From Candidatus Nitrosopumilus koreensis AR1 (GTDB lineage: Archaea; Thermoproteota; Nitrososphaeria; Nitrososphaerales; Nitrosopumilaceae), in the NCBI RefSeq assembly GCF_000299365.1, contig NC_018655.1:1410001-1442000 (forward strand): 32,000 nucleotides of DNA, given 5' to 3'. Numbering within the stretch: the first letter of the stretch is position 1; each line of letters begins with the position of its first letter. Shown here in pieces: positions 25,746 to 32,000 of the stretch. The notes beneath the pieces are model-generated. The model was not told the origin of the DNA. It made no database searches and saw only the letters and a list, made by a program, of their open reading frames with translations. Made by a program: the position numbers and the translations under genes.

Positions 25746-27530
25746 TTAGTTGATCGGTGAGATGTAGCTTCGGTTTTTCACATCAACAATACCTCCTGAA
25801 AGAATTCTAACAGAAGGTAAGGCCAAGAAAGGCAAGAATAACGGTATTAGATGAGGTCTGGAAAATTTACATCCAGAATCAACAAGAGAATTGTTGATAT
25901 TTTCAAAATTAGTTGAAACTTTTTCAAAAGAATCTGTTGAAACAATACCTGCAAATTGCAAAGGCAACGAAGCAATAACCTTACCAGATTTTACTACAAC
26001 AAGACCTCCTTGATTTTTAATTATATGATTTGAGGCAAATGCCATATCAGAATCATTTGAACCAATGACAATCATATCATTTTCATGAAAACTCCAAGTT
26101 GACGCAAACGCTCCAATATCAGCTCCAAAATTTTCAAGAAAGCCGATAGAATGCCTATTTGTTCCACAAGTTCTATCAAAAGCTGCAACTTTCCATATAT
26201 CAGAATCTAAAGATGCGGAAACTAGATTATCTTTTGATTGGAGTTGAGACGAATTCAGTTTTGTAATAATTTCTGTTTGCATAAAAATAGTATTTGCCAT
26301 AACATCTTTCTTTTTAGATTTTATTTGAAAATCATCTTTTGAGAATTTCTTGAGTTTGACAGTGTTTTTGATCCAAGAAGGTATTACTTTTTTCTTTATT
26401 GGAGAAACAACTTTTCCGTTTGACACTACAAGTTTTCCTCCTACAAACACGGTTTTAGGTTTGAAGGATTTCAAATCATCGAAAATCAAAATATCAGCCA
26501 ACTTACCAGGTGCAATTCCACCTAGATCTTTTCCCATGTTATAATAGTCAAAGTTGTTTTTTGATGCCATAGCTACTGCATCAATTGGATCTAAGCCAAG
26601 TTTGATTGATTCACGAATACAATGATCAATATGGCCAAATTTTGAAATATCGTTTGGATCAAGGCCATCTGAACAAAACATCAATCGGTTAAGATACGTC
26701 CCATGAGATAAAACTCGTGGGATAATTTCTTTCAAATCACGTCTAATAGAACCTTCTCGGATCATGATCCACATTCCAAGACGTAATCTCTCTAACACTT
26801 GATCAAAATTAATTGGTTCATGACAAGAAAGAATCCCAGATGAAACATATGCATTGAGTTTTTTTTCACTTGCACCCGCAGTATGACCGTTAATTATGCA
26901 ATCACATTCCAACATTGTTGAAAGGGATTTCATTGTTTTTGGTTCGCGAAGAGTAACTTTTGTCCAAGAAAAAACTTCACCCATTCCAAGAACATGAGGA
27001 TGTTTTATTGCGGCCTTTTCTTGGGACAGAGTAAGAGTCTTACTGTTACTAAATTTTGCATCAACAGGTAATCCACCAGGTACAACTTGGAAAATCCTTA
27101 CAGGAAGATCTTCCCCTAGTTTTAAAAATTCTTGAAAGCCCTTGTATCCTGCTACACTAACAACATCAATAGGATCAGAAAAAAGTGAGGTTACACCACA
27201 AAGAATAGCTTGTTTTGCAAATTCTGATGGAAGAACAAATTGATCAATATGTAGATGTGGATCTGCAAATCCAGGACTAACATACTTGTTTTTAATATCA
27301 ATGACTTTAGTTTTAGGACCTTGTGCATGTGTTGCATCGGGCCCAACATATGCAATTCTATCACCAGTTATTGCAATTTGAGTTTTAGGGATAATTTCTC
27401 TTGTATAAACAGACAATAAGTTACAGTTTTTTAAAACAAGATCTGCCTTTTTTTCACCCATAGATACAGAATTCAAGGATGAGATCGAATTTGCTAGGCT
27501 CGAAGTCACAATTTTGGATGGGTTTTGCAC
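25746..27530 (-). CDS. ade: Adenine deaminase (amidohydrolase superfamily)
   Basis: 594 aa: DLVLKNCNLL...IAITGDRIAYVG, SPGFADPHLHI, and a C-terminal GGLVVV region, with length typical of Ade. The track start is GTG at 27530; the ATG at 27461 (MGEKKADLVLKN) is an alternative. Confidence 0.7.
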   Translation of the reverse strand: MQNPSKIVTSSLANSISSLNSVSMGEKKADLVLKNCNLLSVYTREIIPKTQIAITGDRIAYVGPDATHAQGPKTKVIDIKNKYVSPGFADPHLHIDQFVLPSEFAKQAILCGVTSLFSDPIDVVSVAGYKGFQEFLKLGEDLPVRIFQVVPGGLPVDAKFSNSKTLTLSQEKAAIKHPHVLGMGEVFSWTKVTLREPKTMKSLSTMLECDCIINGHTAGASEKKLNAYVSSGILSCHEPINFDQVLERLRLGMWIMIREGSIRRDLKEIIPRVLSHGTYLNRLMFCSDGLDPNDISKFGHIDHCIRESIKLGLDPIDAVAMASKNNFDYYNMGKDLGGIAPGKLADILIFDDLKSFKPKTVFVGGKLVVSNGKVVSPIKKKVIPSWIKNTVKLKKFSKDDFQIKSKKKDVMANTIFMQTEIITKLNSSQLQSKDNLVSASLDSDIWKVAAFDRTCGTNRHSIGFLENFGADIGAFASTWSFHENDMIVIGSNDSDMAFASNHIIKNQGGLVVVKSGKVIASLPLQFAGIVSTDSFEKVSTNFENINNSLVDSGCKFSRPHLIPLFLPFLALPSVRILSGGIVDVKNRSYISPIN

Positions 27531-27578
27531 CTATTATAGATTCAATGCTTAAATTACGGTTGAGAAGGTTTTGTTGGT

Positions 27579-27860
27579 ATGAACATACCAAAGGTGATCC
27601 GAAAGTATTGTGCAAAATGTAAGACACATACTGAACAGAAGGTCTCCATTTACAAGGCTGGAAAAAGGCGTGGTTCTGCAAGAGGTGAACGCAGACATGC
27701 TGAGCGTAAACATGGGTATGGTGGGCAAAAATTCCCAAAACTAGCAAAGCCAGCCAAAGTTACAAAGAAAGTTACTCCTATTATGACATGTACCGTATGT
27801 AAAAAGAAATACAATAAACTAGGTGTAAGAATTAAGAAATTTGAGTTGGTGGCAGCATGA
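27579..27860 (+). CDS. rpl44e: Ribosomal protein L44e (eL42)
   Basis: 93 aa: PKVIRKYCAKCKTHTEQKVSIYKAGK...GYGGQ...CTVCKK zinc ribbon. Confidence 0.92.
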   Translation: MNIPKVIRKYCAKCKTHTEQKVSIYKAGKRRGSARGERRHAERKHGYGGQKFPKLAKPAKVTKKVTPIMTCTVCKKKYNKLGVRIKKFELVAA

Positions 27861-28054
27861 AAAAAGATCACATTGAGATTCCAAAACCATCAAGTAAATT
27901 CCAAAAAATTAATTGTAATGAATGTGGCGAACTGCAAATAGTTTATTCCCATGCATCAACACAAATTGCATGCAATTCATGTGGAAACACAATTGCAGAA
28001 GCAACAGGTTCTAAAGCAAAAATTAATGGTAAAATCTCAGGCAGTGCTGAGTAA
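27857..28054 (+). CDS. rps27e: Ribosomal protein S27e (eS27)
   Basis: 65 aa: the C4 zinc ribbon CNECGELQIVYSHASTQIACNSCG. ATGA overlap with the rpl44e stop. Confidence 0.9.
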   Translation: MKKDHIEIPKPSSKFQKINCNECGELQIVYSHASTQIACNSCGNTIAEATGSKAKINGKISGSAE

Positions 28055-28621
28055 ATCATAATCTTGTTTAGTATTTAGATTAAGTGCAATTCTTTTATCA
28101 TCAAGTATTATGTAATTTTCTTCTAAATTTTCAAGTGAATTAATTTTTTTAGAATTTATCAATGAAATTCCTGTAAAATGACATTTTTGTTCATTATGAG
28201 TTATTGAATAATTAGATTGAATTCCAATGGATGTTAGTAGTTTATCAGTAACAAGAACACTTGTCCAAATTTTTTGGGGATCATACTGGTTTACAATTGT
28301 TTGAATGACTTTCTTGTCTAACAAGGGCATGTCACCAGATGTGACTAAAATTGAATCATTGAATTTTTGTAATGCCAAATTTAGATCTTCAACATAACCT
28401 ATTCCAGAAGTATCAAAAATTTCAATATTATTTTCTTCTAGTAATTTTTTTGTTTTAGGTGAATTTGGACTAGTAACTGCAACAATTTTAGAAAAACAGT
28501 TTGAATTTTTTAATGAATCAATGACATGAAGAACAATGGGCTTTTTGTATTCTAGTAATAATTTTTCATTATCTAAATTCATGCGAGTGCCTTTGCCACC
28601 TGCCATAACAATGCCAATCAT
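28037..28621 (-). CDS. cobY: Adenosylcobinamide-phosphate guanylyltransferase, archaeal CobY type (NTP-transferase fold)
   Basis: 194 aa. N-terminal IVMAGGKGTRM nucleotidyltransferase loop. 4-nt overlap with cobS in the cobalamin cluster. Function assigned by family plus context. Confidence 0.65.
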   Translation of the reverse strand: MIGIVMAGGKGTRMNLDNEKLLLEYKKPIVLHVIDSLKNSNCFSKIVAVTSPNSPKTKKLLEENNIEIFDTSGIGYVEDLNLALQKFNDSILVTSGDMPLLDKKVIQTIVNQYDPQKIWTSVLVTDKLLTSIGIQSNYSITHNEQKCHFTGISLINSKKINSLENLEENYIILDDKRIALNLNTKQDYDLLSTA

Positions 28622-29358
28622 ATTGATACAAACACCATCAAGGAAGCTAATCTTGTAAGTTCATTTGTAGCACCAATTACATCTCCAGTTATTCCACCAA
28701 AACTTCGAGTAGATATTCCCAACAGGAATAATGTCAAAGTGACTGTAACTCCAAGCATTATCAATCCAGTAGTCTCACCAATTACCACCACAGGAATAAG
28801 CATGATGATAAAAGCGGCACCTAATTTTTTCTTGTCTTTCATAATATGTACAAAGGGAGAACTTGAGCCCGATATAGCAGAGTTGCCCAAACTTGCCATA
28901 AGCACCATGGAAAATTTGGCTAGAATTTCACTGATCAGAACTGCCTTAAACAAATCAAATCCGCTAGTAAGGGATATTGTGACAATCAACCCAACAAGAT
29001 ACAAAACAAGTCCTACAATTCCAGCTGAACCAGTAGATAGATCTTTCATTGCTTTGATTTTTTTTTCTTTTGTTCCTTTTACCATAAGTCCATCTGCAAA
29101 ATCAGCTAATCCATCAGCATGATGTATACCAGTAACAATTGCAATAGATGCAACAACTAACAAACTAACAAGCAGTGGATCTAAAAAGAAAGACAAGCCA
29201 AATCCAATTGAACCAATTAAAAGTCCAATTGCAATTCCAACAATAGGAAAAACGTACATGTATTTTGCAATGTTTTCTAAAGTTGCACTTGATGAAGGAA
29301 ATATTGTCAAGAAAGAAAAGACATAACCTATTTCCTTAAGCATGAATCCACCATCCAA
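28618..29358 (-). CDS. cobS: Adenosylcobinamide-GDP ribazoletransferase (cobalamin-5'-phosphate synthase)
   Basis: 246 aa polytopic membrane protein: HHADGLADFADG and GGITGDVIGA motifs. An alternative ATG lies at 29343. Confidence 0.85.
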   Translation of the reverse strand: MDGGFMLKEIGYVFSFLTIFPSSSATLENIAKYMYVFPIVGIAIGLLIGSIGFGLSFFLDPLLVSLLVVASIAIVTGIHHADGLADFADGLMVKGTKEKKIKAMKDLSTGSAGIVGLVLYLVGLIVTISLTSGFDLFKAVLISEILAKFSMVLMASLGNSAISGSSSPFVHIMKDKKKLGAAFIIMLIPVVVIGETTGLIMLGVTVTLTLFLLGISTRSFGGITGDVIGATNELTRLASLMVFVSI

Positions 29359-30306
29359 TTAATGTTAAAACAGTAATAATTGGAACAATTACAATTCCAA
29401 AGAAAAGAATTGAAGTTAATTTCATTATAGATATTGCAGAACGTACATGTTCTTTTGTAAGAGTAATTTCACCATCACCTAATTTGTAATGATTTATTTT
29501 TTCAAATTTGGTTCCAAGTGCTCCGGCTAATGCAGCCATAGGATATCCTGCGTTTGGACTTTCAGTTTTTTTACCATCACGAATCATTGTCTTGTAAGAT
29601 TCTTTCCAATTATTTTGTAAAAGGGCAGACGAGATAATCATTACAAATCCAGTAAGTCTTGATGGAATGTAATTTAATACAGTATCACATGTAGCAGCAA
29701 ACCATCCTAAATTTTTGAAAATATCAGTTTTGTATCCTATCATAGAGTCAGCAGTATTGATTATTCTATACATAAATGCGCCAGGTAATCCAAAAATTGC
29801 ATAATAAAACAAAGGACCAGTTATTCCATCGACAGTATTTTCACTTACACTTTCAAGTACGCCTGAAATAATATGATTTTTGTCTAAATTAGAGGTATTT
29901 CTCTTAACAATCATAGATAAATTGGCTCTGGCAGAATCCAAATTATCCATCTCAAGGGACTTTACAACTGCCATGGCATAACGTTCCATTCCTTTTATTG
30001 CAATAGTAGTCTTTAGCAATAAGATTCCAACTACAACTGAAACTACCAAGGTTATCCAATCAGTTGTAAGGAATGAAATTCCAAGATCCAAGATCAAAAG
30101 CAACGTAACAACAACCCCAATAGGAATGCTAACTACAAATATTCCACCAAGTTTTTCAATTTTTTATTTTCGTTTTGTCCAAGTGGAGTCAATTTAGCAA
30201 TTAGTCCACCAATCCAAGCAGTTGGATGATACTTATTCTTTGGATCACCAAATGCAAAATCAAGTATCAATGCAAACCCTACAACTATCAAAGACTCTAA
30301 AATCAT
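29336..30306 (-). pseudogene. cbiB: Adenosylcobinamide-phosphate synthase CbiB/CobD, interrupted by a 1-nt frameshift in an A6 run
   Basis: The N-terminal 49 codons run from the ATG at 30306 (MILESLIVVGFALILDFAFGDPKNKYHPTAWIGGLIAKL..., the CbiB signature GDPxxxxHP) in one frame and hit TAG at 30135-30133. The rest (KIEKLGGIFVVSIPIG...LLLILDLGISF..., the 255-aa track ORF) is in another frame, open only from 30163. One extra A in the run at 30160-30165 fuses them into a protein of about 325 aa. Confidence 0.8.
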
Positions 30307-31142
30307 TTTATCATCATCTCAATTGTTTTAATATCTAAATTATTTTTTACAGTTTTTGCCAGTTTGTCTAGTTCTTTATCTATTTTTGAGATATTATTTT
30401 TAGTCCATGTAATTTGTTTTGCTTTGACATTAAGTGAATCTTCTTCAGGGAGATTCATTTTCATCATGGGAATAGTCCCAATAATAGGGATCTTTGTAAG
30501 TTGTTTTATTTTTCTAAATCCTGGTTTTAGGACATTAATGTCTCCTCTAAATTTATTTAATACAAATCCTTTTACCAATTTTTTATATTTTTTTTCAATT
30601 AAGGCCATAGTACCAATCAAACTTGCAAATGAACCGCCTTTGTCAATATCTGAAACCAAAAATACAGATGCATTTGCTTTTTGAGCAATTTGCATATTTG
30701 CAATATCATATTTTTGTAAATTAATTTCAGCTGGAGAACCTGCACCTTCCAAGATTACCAGATCATAGTTTCTTTTGAGTTTTGATAATGAAGTAGTAGC
30801 TGCTTTGATTCCTTTTGATTTTACAAATTTTGTATAGTAATCTTTTGCATGCATTTTCTTGTAATATTTTCCATTAAGGTAAACTGCACTATAGTAATTT
30901 CCCAAAGGTTTGAGCATTATGGGGTTCAAGTCAGGTTCGATTGGGCACTTTGCAGCAATAGCTTGAATTGCCTGAGCACGAGAAATCTCAAAATCAGGAG
31001 TGGTATAACCAAAATTAGACATATTTTGGGATTTGAATGGAGCTACACGGTATCCTTTTTGTTCAAAAATTCTACACAATGCTGCAACTAACGTTGTTTT
31101 TCCAGCACCAGAAGATGTGCCCTGAATCATCAAAGACTTCAT
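30303..31142 (-). CDS. cobQ: Cobyric acid synthase CobQ/CbiP, ATPase (synthetase) domain only, no GATase domain
   Basis: 279 aa: MIQGTSSGAGKTTLVAALCRIFEQKGYRVAPFKSQNMS, GAGSPAEINL and LPEEDS match the CobQ N-terminal domain. The ORF ends about 40 aa after LPEEDS, with its TGA overlapping the cbiB ATG (ATGA). Confidence 0.75.
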   Translation of the reverse strand: MKSLMIQGTSSGAGKTTLVAALCRIFEQKGYRVAPFKSQNMSNFGYTTPDFEISRAQAIQAIAAKCPIEPDLNPIMLKPLGNYYSAVYLNGKYYKKMHAKDYYTKFVKSKGIKAATTSLSKLKRNYDLVILEGAGSPAEINLQKYDIANMQIAQKANASVFLVSDIDKGGSFASLIGTMALIEKKYKKLVKGFVLNKFRGDINVLKPGFRKIKQLTKIPIIGTIPMMKMNLPEEDSLNVKAKQITWTKNNISKIDKELDKLAKTVKNNLDIKTIEMMIK

Positions 31143-32000
31143 GCTATTGCCTCCATAGCAGATACAAGTTTTAGATTATCTTTATGAGATTTTACTGCAA
31201 TTCGAATATAGTGATTGTTTAATCCACGGAAATTTTTACAATCACGAATCAATATTTTATGTTTTAATAATTTTTTTTGAATTTTTGTTGAATCTTGTTT
31301 TGTTTTTATTAAAATAAAATTTGTTGAAGAGTCATGACATTCAAAGCCAGTAATTTTAGCAATTTTCTTTTTTAGAAAAGTTGATTCTTTTTTAATAAGT
31401 AACTTTGATTTTGTAAGGTGTGATTTATTTTTAATTGCAGTAATTCCTGCTTCTTGAGCTAATGCATTAACACTCCAAGGAATTTTTATTTTTTTTAAAA
31501 TTTCAATTATAGTTTTTGAACCAACACCATATCCAATTCTGATTCCCGCTAATCCAAATGATTTTGTTAATGATCTTAAAACAAAGAGATTATCATATTT
31601 TTTTACTAAATTTATTATAGATTGATCTGATTCAGGTACCAATTCAATAAAACACTCATCAACAAATACAAAACTGGATTTATTTTTTGCAGCTAAGATT
31701 ATTTTTGTTATTTGTTTTTTTGACAATATAGTTCCAGTTGGATTATTTGGATTACATACAAAAACACAGCCATTCATAGGAATTTTTGAAATGAATGAAT
31801 CTATATTTTCAGAAAGATTCATTGTTTTAAAAAAAGTAAATTTACAATCAACAAGTCTTGATGCAGATTCATATTCACTAAAAGTTGGAGTTGGAATTAA
31901 AACATGCTTTTGAGATAGAAATGAATTACAGAAGTTATAGAGTATTTCAATTGCGCCATTGCCAACAACTATGTGAGAATCTGATAATCCAATGTATTTT
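31139..32000 (-). CDS. cobD: Threonine-phosphate decarboxylase CobD (class I/II aminotransferase fold), 5'-truncated by the window end
   Basis: NPNNPTG and SLTKSFGLAGIRIGY (PLP Lys). The frame stays open upstream of the track ATG (31822) to nt 31999 and encodes IVVGNGAIEILYNF...VLIPTPTFSEYE. Function assigned from cobalamin cluster context; the protein is a HisC paralogue. Confidence 0.7.
   Translation of the reverse strand, partial: KYIGLSDSHIVVGNGAIEILYNFCNSFLSQKHVLIPTPTFSEYESASRLVDCKFTFFKTMNLSENIDSFISKIPMNGCVFVCNPNNPTGTILSKKQITKIILAAKNKSSFVFVDECFIELVPESDQSIINLVKKYDNLFVLRSLTKSFGLAGIRIGYGVGSKTIIEILKKIKIPWSVNALAQEAGITAIKNKSHLTKSKLLIKKESTFLKKKIAKITGFECHDSSTNFILIKTKQDSTKIQKKLLKHKILIRDCKNFRGLNNHYIRIAVKSHKDNLKLVSAMEAIA

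Noticed and set aside
27454-27747. 97-aa minus-strand ORF spanning the ade/rpl44e spacer
   Set aside because: It overlaps the unmistakable L44e coding sequence on the opposite strand as well as the ade 5' end, so it is spurious.
28739-29122. 127-aa plus-strand ORF
   Set aside because: It is antisense to cobS. Its apparent hydrophobic and Pro/Ser/Thr-rich character mirrors the membrane protein encoded on the other strand.
30133-30166. Programmed -1 ribosomal frameshift as the primary explanation for split cbiB
   Set aside because: The zero-frame context AAT AAA AAA TTG is not a canonical X XXY YYZ heptamer, because the P-site tRNA would re-pair on UAA. I saw no obvious downstream stimulatory hairpin. 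A homopolymer indel or sequencing error is more parsimonious, so recoding is kept only as a minor alternative in the finding.
30364-30684. 106-aa plus-strand ORF
   Set aside because: It is antisense to cobQ and has no recognisable motif. The same reasoning applies to the other 60-100-aa track ORFs nested antisense in hisF/A/H/B/C/D/G, hmgA, guaB, guaA, the thermosome gene and ade.
1-32000. Search for a CRISPR array, transposase, integrase or IS ends, prophage genes, toxin-antitoxin pairs, restriction-modification or other defence modules, and long direct or tandem repeats
   Set aside because: None was found by reading both strands. Nearly every stretch over about 80 nt is accounted for by a recognisable housekeeping gene, and the composition looks uniform apart from the GC-rich tRNA. 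I therefore do not claim a novel defence or mobile system in this window.

Overview
This window is a visibly AT-rich, almost fully coding archaeal chromosome segment. Its gene content (thermosome, TiaS, Dph2, Csl4, L44e/S27e, CobY, MptE) and protein style look like an ammonia-oxidising thaumarchaeon (Nitrosopumilus-like); that lineage call is inference. I recognise about 38 protein genes and one tRNA. They include a nine-gene histidine operon (hisG-D-C-HAD-B-H-A-F-I), class II-type HMG-CoA reductase, an intron-containing initiator tRNA-Met abutting tiaS, dph2, a Ccr-like enoyl reductase, csl4 and pheA. Further on are guaB, a divergent folP/mptE pair, a guaA operon carrying three uncharacterised small genes, a ROK kinase, a thermosome subunit, adenine deaminase, rpl44e-rps27e, and a late cobalamin cluster (cobD-cobQ-cbiB-cobS-cobY). 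I found no CRISPR array, transposase, integrase, prophage or recognisable defence module, so this reads as streamlined core genome rather than an accessory island. The most checkable oddities are: (1) an orphan HAD hydrolase inside the his operon, at the position of the missing histidinol-phosphate phosphatase; (2) cbiB split by a 1-nt frameshift in an A6 run; (3) a CobQ with no glutamine-amidotransferase domain; (4) a ~15-nt non-canonical D-loop intron in tRNA-iMet; (5) an 8-bp perfect palindrome between a TATA-like box and the thermosome start codon; (6) a guaA operon flanked by three tightly coupled genes of unknown function. Several longest-ORF starts in the supplied track are TTG or GTG and look over-extended; where possible I give the start I consider more likely.
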